This document shows, one piece after another, positions 38,097 through 49,000 of a stretch of DNA of 64,000 bases. A program made the position numbers and the translations under genes. The notes beneath the pieces are model-generated. The model saw only the letters and a list, made by a program, of their open reading frames with translations. It was not told the DNA's origin and made no database searches. Positions within the stretch are counted from its first letter, which is position 1. Each line of letters begins with the position of its first letter. The stretch is taken from the NCBI GenBank assembly GCA_965644315.1, contig CBFFRQ010000067.1, positions 806,001 to 870,000 of the forward strand, given 5' to 3'. This DNA comes from Caecitellus pseudoparvulus (Eukaryota > Protista > Bigyra: Bicosoecida).

Positions 38097-39290
38097 ATGT
38101 GCATGCAGCGGATGAGGGTGGACCTGAGGCCGCCTTGCGAGAAGCGTGCGACTGGGGCCGCACAGACGTCGTGCGTGAGCTGCTGGGCCTGACTGGGGCG
38201 CGGGAAGTGGATGTGCACGTGGCGGCATTTGGCGGAGCTGAGGCCGCCTTCAGAGTGGCATGCGAGGGTGGCCACCTCGACATCGTTCGGGAGCTGCTGG
38301 GCCTGACGGGGGCGCGGGCAGTGGATGTGCATGCAGCGGATGAGTGTGGACCTGAGGCTGCCTTCCGAGAGGCATGCGCCAATGGCCATCTCGACGTTGT
38401 GCGTGAGCTGCTGGGCCTGACTGGGGCGCGGGAGGTGGATGTGCATGCGGTGGATGAGGAGGGGCCTGAGGCCGCCCTCCGAGCGGCATGCGCAGGCGGC
38501 CACCTCGACATCGTGCGTGAGCTGCTGGGCCTCACTGGACACCGAGCTACGTCCCATCAGACCAGACTCAAGATCGGAGTTGTTGCCGTGCAGCCCGCCA
38601 AGAAAGCCGTGTGGGCTGGCACCAGCACTCGGCAAGGACGGCGCGCCATGCTGCTGCTGCGAGCTGCCCGGGGCGCAAGAGGCAGCAGCACCTAGACGTT
38701 GACACTGGAGTGGTACCTCTCTGAGGGCAGGCCTCACGCTTGGAGTGCGAGGTGCAGCGGGCGGCTGCTCTCCAGAGTGCAATGCAAGGGGGGATGAGCT
38801 GCAGCGCTTGCGAGTGAGGCTGGCGCCGGCACGACGTAGCACCCTGAGACCTACGCGCAGTCTGCGGGTGCTGCTTGCCTCCACCCACGCTTGCCCTCCG
38901 GTGCCTGCCGTGGACTCGCACTCCTCACGGGTGGCACGTCAGCAGACCGCAAGGGGCGCCCGCCAGCCGGTCCAAGGGGGGCGCCCACCGCCTCACACGC
39001 TGCAGCAGCGACGCGCCCATGGCCTGCCAGCTCAGCACCAGTGCCGTGGCTGTGCATGGCGCCACGCCTTCCGCTTCCCTCACTCGGAGGAGGACCGTCA
39101 AAGGCGCGCCCGTCGGGGAAGGAGACGCGGCAGCATGGCTTGCCCCGACAGCGCCAGGGGATGCACCGCCCTTGTCAGGCGGTGTAGGGCTGGGGCTCGC
39201 AATACATTGCCGTGTTCTGCACTGTGGCACTCATGGTCAGGGGCTGTCAAGCTGCTGCTGAAGGCGCTTGTCACTGCTGCTACTTCTGGT

Positions 39291-42182
39291 TCAGTATGGA
39301 GGGTGGTTTGGAGTTGGCCAGTGGGGCTGGTGCGTCTGCATGGCACTGTAGCTGTAGGTATCGACAGCTTCACCCTCAGGCATGGCCCCGGGCTTTCCGT
39401 GGCCGTGCGAGGGTGGGGAATCAGCCACACTGCCAGGACGAGTCATAGCCTGGCCACTCTCAAGCTGCCCATCTCCACGAGCACCTGCAGCCTGAGGCAA
39501 GGGACTCCTAGCACCTTCTTGGGCGTCTTGTGGTGCTGCTTGCCTCCACCCACGCTTGCCCTCCGGTGCCTGCCGTGGACTCACGCCACTCAGGGGTGGC
39601 ACGTCAGCAGACCGTATGGGGCGCCCGCCAGCCAGTCCAAGGGGGGCGCCCACCGCCTCAGACGCTGCAGCAGCGACGCGCCCATGGTCTGCCAGCTCAG
39701 CACCAGTGCCGTGGCTGTGCATGGCACCACGCGTTCCGCTTCCCTCACTCGGAGGCGGGGCGTCAAAGGCGCTCCCATCAGGGCTGGAGACGCGGCAGCA
39801 TGGCTTGCCCCGACAGCGCCAGGTGCGAGTGCCATCCCTCACTACGGAGCGTCGGATGCGGTGCACCCCCATGACGAGGCTCAGCGTGGCCTCTGCCGCA
39901 CTGTCAGTAGTCGTCGCTTCCAGCAGAGTGTGGGCGGTGGCGAGGGGTGTGTTGGAAGTCCGTATGTACTTCCGGCACGCCGGGCAACACCGAGCGGCGA
40001 GGGCGGCGAGGACGCCGCTGAAGTCCGGGAAGCGTGTCATCTGCAGTTGTGCGATGTCATCCCCGCCTTCCAGTGGCGGTATGCCCAGCTCAGGTACAGC
40101 TGCATACAAGGTTGTAAATGCCTTGGCGAGTGCGGCGCGCCAGGCAGCCAAGCAGCCTCGAAGTGTGTGCCACAGGCAGGCCGTCCACACTAAAAAAGAC
40201 ACGGCCAAGCTGATGGTGTGGAACACTTCCCCAGCCAGGGCCGCAGCAAGAGCGCCTTCAGATCCCAAGGAGCGTGCGGTGGAGGACAGCAGTTGCAGGG
40301 CCACTGCCAGGTGGGCCCAGCCGTCCAGGGTGTCCAGGTCGGAAACCGCCCACGGTTGCCGAGTGCACAGGAGGGCAAAGGAGCAGCACAAACACGCAGT
40401 CATGACAAAGAAGCGCGCCAGCGGGTCTGTCGTGTAAAAAAGCATGGCAGAGGCAGTTACCATGGACACGATTTGCATGGCCCCATACGTGTTCGGGAGG
40501 AACAGAGGCGCTTGCCCATACCACATGCCCTCATCAGCGTGCGCATCCTGCAGTGCAAGGCTGGACAACATCGCTTGGGGGGCAGTGCTGGCAGATTGCA
40601 TCTGTTCCAGTGCTTGCTGCACCGTCAGCTGCCGCCGGAAGCCAGCGGTGCAGCAGCCACGCATACTTGGATGGTACGCAAGTGTGCCAGGCTGGTCGAC
40701 CCAGTTAGGCCATGACACCATCGCCCACATGCCAACAGTGCCAGAGAAAGCAAGTATTCCGAAAATGATCTCAAATACGAGAAAGTTTGGCTGTTGGTAG
40801 GCTGGGGAGTGGACAGTGTCCACCGCTGCAGTGTCAGCCCACAGCCCAGAGGCCTTGGCGGAGGCTCTGAGGCTGCCTGGGAGCAGGACCAAGAACAGAG
40901 CGGCAGGTATGAGCGTTCCGAATTGAAGCAGGTGCTTGTGCTGCACTGGAGCCTGACCTGGAGCAGAGCCTACCAAGATCACCACCAGGAAGATGAGTAT
41001 GCCCAATATCACGCCGACAGCTGTGGTGGCTTCCGCAGAGCTCGGCAGACCACGCACACCACCGCCGTACATGCATGTAGCAGCTGGGGGGGCGGCTGCC
41101 CCGGCAGCCCTCAGCAGGCCGAAGACTATGCCCAGCACAGAGAAGTCGACAGGCTCCTGGGGCAGAGAGATGGGGTACAGAGACCCGGGCACCTCCTCCT
41201 GCCGCCACGCTGGCCGCAGGCCGCAGGTGGCGACCCACTGCGCCGTGGTGTGGGCGGAGAAGGAAAGGGAGAAGGTCGTCGTGCCAGACAGTGCGTTTGC
41301 GCTGAGCCACATGAACACGAACCAATGCAGAATGCGCAGCGCCCCAAGTGCCAAATGAGACGACAGTTTACGAGGCGCTGCGACGTAGACTTGCACCACC
41401 CCGAAAGCCACGAGCAAGGGGAAGATGTACTCCACAAGCAGAGCGATGGCGGGGGATGCCTTGCCGAAGCCGCCGTGAAACTGACAAGGCTGGCAGGCGC
41501 CACAGGGTGATGCAGCCGCCCAGCCTGACTCGCAACTTCCGCACACAGCGCTGGTATGCCCCTCCACGCAGCTTACAGCGTCTCTGACAAGCGTCGTGCT
41601 GTTGCAGCTGCCCTGCCTGGGGCAGGGTGCAATCGTTGCGGAGCGGGGGTTGGCGCACGACCCCGTGCACTTGACGCTGCCTGGATAGGCAAGGCGCCAG
41701 TTCGATGCCAAGTGTGCCTCGTTGCCGGTGGGGATGCGCTGATAGGCCCACGGAGAGACGACATTGTCGTTTCGCTCTTGCAGATCTCGCCCGACGCTTC
41801 GGCCCCCAAATGGGTCAGCTGGAGCGGTAGCAAGTCGGTTGCGTTTCAGATGAAGCGCGGCAGCAGGTACAGGAAGCAGCAGTGCCAAGCACAGGGCCAG
41901 GATGGCCGGCCCAGCTCGCAGCCTCTGCAGATGAGCAAAGCCGCGAGGTGCTGAGCTCCTGAGCGTGCTTCGGCGGAGAGGTAAGCGCCCGCAAGTGCTT
42001 GCCTTTGCACACCCAGCTGACAGACGGGCGCGATGCAATGACAATTGCGGCATACACAGCGAACTTGAGGAGAACTGCGTGAGCGCTTCCCTCAGCTGCG
42101 TTCTGGCCTGAACCACCACACGCTGCTTCGTGCCGGTGCTGGTGCAGCGCGTTTCGGCAGCGGCAGCAGCAGCAGCGCACAT
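39291..42182 (-). CDS. Membrane protein with signal-peptide-like segment, Cys-rich (GCC2/GCC3-like) ectodomain and about 7 TM helices; start codon uncertain
   Basis: 963-aa ORF containing ILALCLALLLPVPAAA and CVEGHTSAVCGSCESGWAAASPCGACQPC, followed by several hydrophobic helices. Confidence 0.75.
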   Translation of the reverse strand: MCAAAAAAAETRCTSTGTKQRVVVQARTQLREALTQFSSSSLCMPQLSLHRARLSAGCAKASTCGRLPLRRSTLRSSAPRGFAHLQRLRAGPAILALCLALLLPVPAAALHLKRNRLATAPADPFGGRSVGRDLQERNDNVVSPWAYQRIPTGNEAHLASNWRLAYPGSVKCTGSCANPRSATIAPCPRQGSCNSTTLVRDAVSCVEGHTSAVCGSCESGWAAASPCGACQPCQFHGGFGKASPAIALLVEYIFPLLVAFGVVQVYVAAPRKLSSHLALGALRILHWFVFMWLSANALSGTTTFSLSFSAHTTAQWVATCGLRPAWRQEEVPGSLYPISLPQEPVDFSVLGIVFGLLRAAGAAAPPAATCMYGGGVRGLPSSAEATTAVGVILGILIFLVVILVGSAPGQAPVQHKHLLQFGTLIPAALFLVLLPGSLRASAKASGLWADTAAVDTVHSPAYQQPNFLVFEIIFGILAFSGTVGMWAMVSWPNWVDQPGTLAYHPSMRGCCTAGFRRQLTVQQALEQMQSASTAPQAMLSSLALQDAHADEGMWYGQAPLFLPNTYGAMQIVSMVTASAMLFYTTDPLARFFVMTACLCCSFALLCTRQPWAVSDLDTLDGWAHLAVALQLLSSTARSLGSEGALAAALAGEVFHTISLAVSFLVWTACLWHTLRGCLAAWRAALAKAFTTLYAAVPELGIPPLEGGDDIAQLQMTRFPDFSGVLAALAARCCPACRKYIRTSNTPLATAHTLLEATTTDSAAEATLSLVMGVHRIRRSVVRDGTRTWRCRGKPCCRVSSPDGSAFDAPPPSEGSGTRGAMHSHGTGAELADHGRVAAAASEAVGAPLGLAGGRPIRSADVPPLSGVSPRQAPEGKRGWRQAAPQDAQEGARSPLPQAAGARGDGQLESGQAMTRPGSVADSPPSHGHGKPGAMPEGEAVDTYSYSAMQTHQPHWPTPNHPPY

Positions 42183-42864
42183 GTTCGTTTCCCAGTGCTT
42201 GAGTCAAACACTACGTTGTCGGACGGCAGGGCGCGGAAGAATGACGAGTTGGGAGTTTCTTCGCTACCTTGGCGCCACGCTCCACGAAGTTACCACGCTG
42301 CGTCGACACTTGGCGGCAGCGGCGGCTTCTAGCTTTTCGGCGCTGCTTCGGACTGACGCGAGCACTTGCCCTGCACCCAGCTGCACCTTGCTTGGATAAA
42401 TGACGTGTGAACCTTTTGATGGTCACGCTCCTTGAGTTTAGCACGGTTCCAGCTCAGTTGTACTGATGAGATTGCCGGAGCTTGTGGAGTTTGGCGAAAA
42501 GCATGCCATTGATCTTGTAAGTGATGTCTGAATTTCCCAACCAGCCATAACCGCATCTCGCCCTTTCGTAAGTTTTTTCAACAGCCACATGCAAATGTAA
42601 ATTCGGACATTTCAATATTACCGGGCGTACTCCCATGCACACGTTCACACCCTGCAAAGTGCTCTCACACCGCAAACCCTCCTTTTTCCTCCGCGCCGCA
42701 GGCTGGGCGTGTTTGGCGCCAGCGCAACGGGCGGTGGCACTCCCTGAGCGACGGGACTTTGCCTGCGACACGACAGGCACAAGGGCTGTGTGGAGGACAG
42801 CAAATTGCTGGTTAATTCCACAAGCTTCCATCGACGCGAGGCCTTGTTGCCCCGTGCGGCGTGA

Positions 42865-45800
42865 ATGAGCAGCAACATGGCGTCGGCGGGAGGTGGTGCG
42901 GAATTTGGCCGTGCGAGCGGCGTCGAGGCTGAGCTGCGTTCTGCGCTGGAAGAGCGTGGGCGGGAGCTGGAGAAGAAGAACATGATCATGTCAAGGGCTA
43001 AGGCTGTGATCGAGTCGCTGCAGGTGCGTGTGTGCGCAAGGGCGGGGTCGGGCAGCCTGCGTTTCGCCGCCGTTTCGCGCCCCGACCAAAGTGCAAGATG
43101 CTGTGCAGCCCACGCTGCACCGCGATGCGCGCCTGCTCCCCTGCACAGGCTGACCTTGCAGCTGCTCGGGCAGATGCGAGGCTCGTGGCGGCTTCTTCGA
43201 GTGACTCGGGGGGGCAGCTGGAGGAAGCGCGTGCCGTCATCGGCGACCTGCGGGGGCAGGTGGCGCTGCTGCGGCAAGATGTGTCCCTGGCGCAGCAGGG
43301 TGAGGGCGCCGCCCGCGCGACGGCACGTGCCCTGGAGGAGCAGTTGTCCCAGGCGCTGCCTGCGGTGCAGCAGCTGGAGGATGCGCGGACGCGTGTGGCT
43401 GAGAGTCAAGCGACGGTGGAGGGGCTCAGTGCCGAGTGCAGTGCGTTACGCGGGCGAAACGGCGAGCTGGTGCAGGAGGTGGGGGACCTTACTGGTCAGT
43501 TGGAGACCACGCGATCTGAGCTCGCGACGACGCGCAAGGCTGCCGCGGAAGCTGAAGCCTCCCTTGCTGCAGCGCAGTCGGTGACGACGATGGAGGCTGA
43601 GACGATTTCTGCGTTGCGTGGAGAGTTGAAGAGCGCAGAAGCACGGGCGACGGCTGCGGAGGCGGCGGTGTCTTCGCTGAAAGGCGACGTCGCTCGTCTG
43701 GAGGCTGCGGCGGCGGGGTCGCAGTCGTCCCTCACCGCCGCATCCAGCGCAGCGAAGGAGCAAGCTGCACAGTGGGAGCAGCGGGAAGCGGCGTTGCTGG
43801 CACGGTGCCAGGCGCTTGTTGCGTCAGAGGGAGAAGCCACACAGCGCCTGGCAGCTGCCTCAGCGCGGGAAGCAGGTTTGCAGCGGCAGGTGGACGAGAT
43901 GGCAGAGGCGCTGTCGCGCAGCGAGCGGCGTGTGGCTGCTGCGGAGGGGCGTGAGAGTGACTTGGCCAGTGAGCTGGCCATGTGTCAGAGCCAGGTTAGG
44001 GAATTGGAGGCACTGGTGCAGGCAGCAGAGGAGGAGCAGGGTTCGTTGCGTGAACAGACACAGGAGCAGGTGGAGGCGGCGAAGCGGGCTGCTGCGCGGG
44101 AGAGGCGTGCGGCGGAGGAGGCTTTGCGTGCGGAATTTGAGGGGCGCCTGGAGGCGAGTCGCGATCGCGAAGCGGCGCTGGCAGAGCAGGTGCGGCACTG
44201 GCAGGAGCACGTGCGGTCCAAGTTGGCGCCGTTTGTGACGCCTCACGGCGGTGGTGGGCATGGTGGTGCGCTGGAGGATGGCGCCGTGTCGACACAGCGA
44301 GTTGGCTCCACTGGCCCAGGCACGCCGCGGGCTGCGCGGAGCACCGCTGCCTCCCGTGCGCGCAGCGTGGGGAAAAAAACGCCTGCAGAGTCCAGCAGCA
44401 CCGCCATGGTAGCGTCTGCAGGCGCTGGCACTTCGGCACCTGCGTTGGCCGAGTCACTGCAGGCGGAAGGCGCTGAGACATTGCGGGTGTTGCAGCAAGT
44501 TCCGCGCGTGCGTGAGTGGTTCACAGCGGCGGCGGACAGCTTGGAGGCGCAGATGCACGTGAAGATGCGGGCGATGGCGGCAGCATGCGAGGCTGTCGCG
44601 GCGCGGGTGGATGCGGCCACGGCCCAGCTGCCGGGCGCTCTAGCTGCAGTGCACATGAGTCAGGGTGAGCGGCAGCGTGCCGAGTCACGCGCCGAGCAGG
44701 CTGGTGCAGCCAAGGCAGTGCTGGCTGAGCAGCTGGCGTCGACGTCGCAGGCGTTGCAGCTGGCAGAGTTGGAGGCCAGTCGCGCGAAGGAGGAGCTGGT
44801 CGCAGCCACCGACCGACTGGGCGTGCTGGAGGAGAACAACCGCGTGTTGCTGCTGGAAGTGACGGAGAAACGGCAGGTGGCAGGGGTGTTGCAGGATGCA
44901 CTGGCTTCCCTGGACGCCGAGCGACGGGCTGTGCTGGGCGCGCTGTCGTCCCTGCGACAGCACGTGCACCGTATGGTGACGACGCACGGCAGCTTGATGT
45001 CGGGGGGTGGTCGCACGGGACGACCAGGGCGCGGCGCCGCCACCGCCACCGCCGACGCCGCGACGGCGACACAAGACGTCCTGTCCGCTCTGCACAGCCT
45101 GGAGGGCCACTTGGGGCGCCTGCCATCGGCGGAGGATATCACAGGAGCCACTGGCACGACGCCTGGCTACCCAAGTTCCGCAGGCTCCAAACCCGACGCA
45201 GCCACTGCTGCTGCCTATGTCAGTCAGGCAGCCACGCAGCTGGCGGGGCACCTGCCGTCACTCAGCTCGTACGTGGCACAGCTGGACCGCCACGTGGCCG
45301 AGACGTCGACCATCGTGTCCAGCACGTCGCACGTGACGACGGCACTGCAGAACGCGACCGCCTCCGTGGCCAGCGGCGGCGCGCCCCCCTCCCTCACCGG
45401 TGTGCTGCAGACACAGCAAAGCCTGCAACAAGCCCTCGTCGCCATTGCGACCAGCGTGCAGGCGCTGGCGGGCGACTTCAAGGCCTCTTTTGAACGCCTG
45501 CGGAACACCGTCGCGTTCGCAGCTGCACACGTCAGCGCCGGGAAGGCAGCGGCAGAGGCGGCGCCGTCGGCCCCCAGCACGCCAGGGGTGCAAGCTGCCC
45601 CCACACCCCAGCCTGCACAGACCATGCAGGCAAGTGCTGCGCAATTGCCTGCATGGACGGGCACCCTCCCACCCTCCAGCAGTGGGCTCGGCAGGGGCAC
45701 TTACGATGCGAGGTTGCCCCCGGCACCCCCCCTGCACACCCTCGACTTCAGCGGCGGTGGCGGAGCTTCAAGGACAGCCACATCCACGTCCTTCACTCCC

Positions 45801-45956
45801 CATGCCACGGCTGTGTCAGTGCCTTCAGCAGGCGGCACGTCATCAGCCGCCGCCAGCGCCAAGCTGTCAACTCTTCACGCCAGCATGATGGACCGTTTCA
45901 AACGCATCGGCTCAGAGTTGCAAGCCAGTGCTGCCCGGGTGGAGCGACTTGGGTGA
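42865..45956 (+). CDS. Long coiled-coil protein; exons 42865-43023 and 43149-45956
   Basis: Heptad-rich Ala/Glu/Arg sequence. Intron 43024-43148 (gtgcgt..cccctgcacag) joins ESLQ|ADLAAA in frame. Confidence 0.8.
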
Positions 45957-46049
45957 TGTGCACCTGATGCCATGGAAACGGGGGAGTGGGCGGTGAAATG
46001 CATTGCACACCGTGGTGCGGCGCCTCGCCAGCAGCTTGGAGGTCAGCAA

Positions 46050-49000
46050 TTACCGCAGCGCGGCGGGGGACACAGGGGACGACGGCAGGGCGCTGGACCT
46101 GCGATGCAAATTGAACGACAGGGCAGAAACACTGCCCCTGGCTTTGCGGTGGGGGGCTGTTCCGCCGCGCGGCTTGGGGGAGTACTCGTCGGCGAACGAG
46201 TCTTCGCTGCGGGTCGCATGCTCCGACATGAGCAGGGAGATGCGGCGGTGGAAGTCCCGGCCTGTGTGGGCCGAGAAGGGCTTGGCTGTCGTGAGCATGG
46301 GGTTGCGGGCGGCTCGTGAGGGGATGTGCCGTGCCGTGCGCCCCGCCGCATTTGCGCTGCGGCGGACGGGGCTCAGGCGGCGTTTGGGCAGGTGGCCACG
46401 TGAGTGACTCAGTGAGGCTGAGCGGGGTATGCCCTCTCGGCTGGGGGAAGCAGGGGCACCTACACCGGTTGCGCTGGCGTGTGCGAATGCCGATGTCGTG
46501 GGTGTGCCTTGGTCGCTTTGCGACCTGCGCACCGCGCTTGGTCGCCGGTTGTGTGTGGGCGGAAAGGCAGAGTCCGAGGAGTCCGAGGAGTCGGAGTCAC
46601 TCTGCGCTGCAGCAAGGGCGAGCGGGCTGGACTGACTGTGCTGTGAGGCGGTGGTGGTGGTGGAGGGGGCACTGCCTGTGGCCAGCAGCGCCAGGTGGGG
46701 TGGTCGCATGGGCAGTGGGTCATCCCCCCGCAGGGACTGTGTCGGGGACTGCGACGCGCCGACTGACGAGGCGTCCGTGATGGTGGAGGTGCCGCCCTTG
46801 GCCCCAGCGGGCGCCAGGGCGAGGGTGCGGTGTGACAGGTACAAGTTGCGTTTGTGGGCGCCACGGCGCGAGGAGCCTTCCACTGAGTCCACACTCACGA
46901 CGTGTGTGCCGGTGGGGGGCGGTGTCCAAAACGGCGACCCCCGCTGAGGCAGCATGCGAGGCAGCAGCCCCAGCGCCAGCGTGTAGCCGACAGCCAGCCC
47001 CACGACGGCGAACAGTGCGACGATGTACCACGCGAGCGGCACGCCGGGGGTCGCGACTGCGACCACGGCAGTGACGCCTGCCAGGGCGCAGTCCAAGACG
47101 ACTCGCGTCGTCAGCACACGGTAAATGCTGGACTGTGGAATGAGCACAGTGGCGGGGAAGGGGGCTTGCCAGCCAAAGGTGTGCCGCCACGCTTGCCACT
47201 GCACGCGACCCGTCCACCACGTCGTGACTCCGGTGGCGAGCAGGACGTCTGCGACGAGGGCAGGGATGATGCCGTACACGTTGCGCGTGAGCAGGGACAG
47301 GACGACGAGGGAGCCGATGCGGGAGGACACTAGTAACGTGCGCATGGACCACGCTACAAAGGTGACAGCGTTGGTGATGCCGTTGGCACGGATGTCCAGG
47401 AACAGGACGTAGAACACAGTCAGGGAGAGGATGCTGAGGCCGATGCTGAGGTACTGCACGCCAGCCACCACTTCGGCTTGCGCGAGGGAGCTGAGAACAA
47501 TGAACACTTGCAGCAGCGCCTGGGGAGTGGACTCGAACACCACCTCGGCGAAGCGGTGGTCACGGATGCGGTCTTGGAACAGCGGCACGCGTGTTCCGAG
47601 AGAAACCAAGTCCAGAAAGAACTCCAGCGCAGGCAGTAGCTGCAGGAAAGCGACGGAGGCGATGGTGACCTTCTCGCAGCGCGTGCCGTCGGGAATGCGG
47701 CCCTTGTACGCGACGACGGCGGCCATGACTGCCGTGAAGGAGACACAGGACACGACGAGGGTGAAGAAGATGGGGTTGTTTTGGCGCACCATCTCCGCCG
47801 CCACGAGCACGTCGCTGATGACGTCCACGTAGTTCAGCACGACGGTGAGGAGGAGACTGCCCAGCAGGCCCCACGCTGTCAGGCGCTGCATGCGGATGAG
47901 GCGCCCAGACACCTCCATGTCGCACAGCGACCACGGCGACTCGCCCATGTCGTTCAGCAGGAAGGGGTTGGCGCCGCGGGCCATGAGCGTGGACACGGCG
48001 CCGGCCTCCGCAGCCCGTACCGCCGCGTGCAGGGGCGTGTCGCCATCCACGTCTGCAGCGTGCACGTCTGCGCCATGTGCAGTGATGAGCTTGGCGGTCA
48101 GGGGCGCCCCTGCCGCCGTGACGACGGCCCAATGCAAGGGCGTGCGACCGCGGGCGTCCCGGGCATTGATGCTGGCTGCGCCGCTGTGTGCTGACACCAG
48201 GTAGGCTACACAGGCGTACCGGCCCTGTGCAGCGGCCAGGTGGACAGGTGTGGCGCCTTGTGGGTCCCGTGCTGACGGGTTGGCGCCCACTCCCAGCAGG
48301 TACGTGAGGGTGTCGAAATTGCCCACCTCCGCGGCGATGTGCAGCGGCGTGCGACCTGCCGCGTCCACGGCGCTGGGGCGCAGGCCACACGCCGTCACGA
48401 GGGTCGGCACGATGGACCAGAAAGACGGCTCTGCAGCTGCCATGTGCAGGAGGGTGGCACCACCCCGAGATGGCGCGGCACCGCCCCCCCCTCCTCGAGG
48501 TAGGGCCTTTGCACCCAGCTGCAGGAGCACTTGCACCGCTTCGACGTGCTTGCCGCTCCAGGCGCGATGCAAGGCCGTACACCGCTGGGAGTCAGTACTG
48601 TTCAATCCAGCGCCCAGGCGGCTGACGAGGTGGTACAGCGTGCGAGCCTGCCCCGCTGAAGCTGCGACGTGCAGTGGCGTGGCGCCAGCGTCGTCCACCG
48701 CGTCGACGAAAGCCTTGCCTTGCCTCACAAGGACCTGCAAGACATCGTTGAAGCCCCGTTCGGCGGCCAGGTGCAGGGCTGTGGCACCCGTGTCGGTGTG
48801 GGCCAGCGGGTCGGCTTGTGGGAATGCCTCCAGCAGTGCGCGCAGTGCGATCGCCTTGCCGCCAGCAGCGGCAGCCATGAGGGGCGTCAGGCCGGCCGCG
48901 TTGCGGTCCTCGTCAGCCACGAGTTCAGGGTCCAAGGCAGCGCCTAGGGCTGCGATGACTCCGCTGGCCCCCGCCATGGCTGCGACGTGCAGGGCAGTGT

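Larger units (their letters stand above)
35491..38695 (+). pseudogene. Ankyrin-like repeat protein, copy 5 (eight 38-aa repeats; 424 aa when restored), disrupted by the 36165-38096 element
   Basis: Joining 35491-36166 to 38097-38695 gives gca gtg gat gtg cat (AVDVH) in frame. Total 1275 nt = 819 + 4x114. Confidence 0.9.
23560..39945. repeat. Tandem array of five ~2.69-kb units (kinase tail copy + spacer + ankyrin-like gene + copy of the downstream TM gene tail); unit 5 is expanded and interrupted by a retroelement
   Basis: The anchor gccgaccccccctaccgaccc recurs at 23560, 26253, 28951, 31646 and 34338 (spacings 2693, 2698, 2695, 2692). The ORF track repeats accordingly. Confidence 0.97.

Noticed and set aside
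24950-38550. 114-bp repeats with variable segments as a CRISPR array or DGR target
   Set aside because: They are in-frame coding repeats in a eukaryote. There are no cas genes, no visible template/variable repeat pair or adenine-specific variation, and the nearby RT is of DIRS/Ngaro type.
42183-42864. AT-richer stretch with small ORFs (e.g. 42454-42831)
   Set aside because: No recognisable motifs; best read as the divergent promoter region between two genes.
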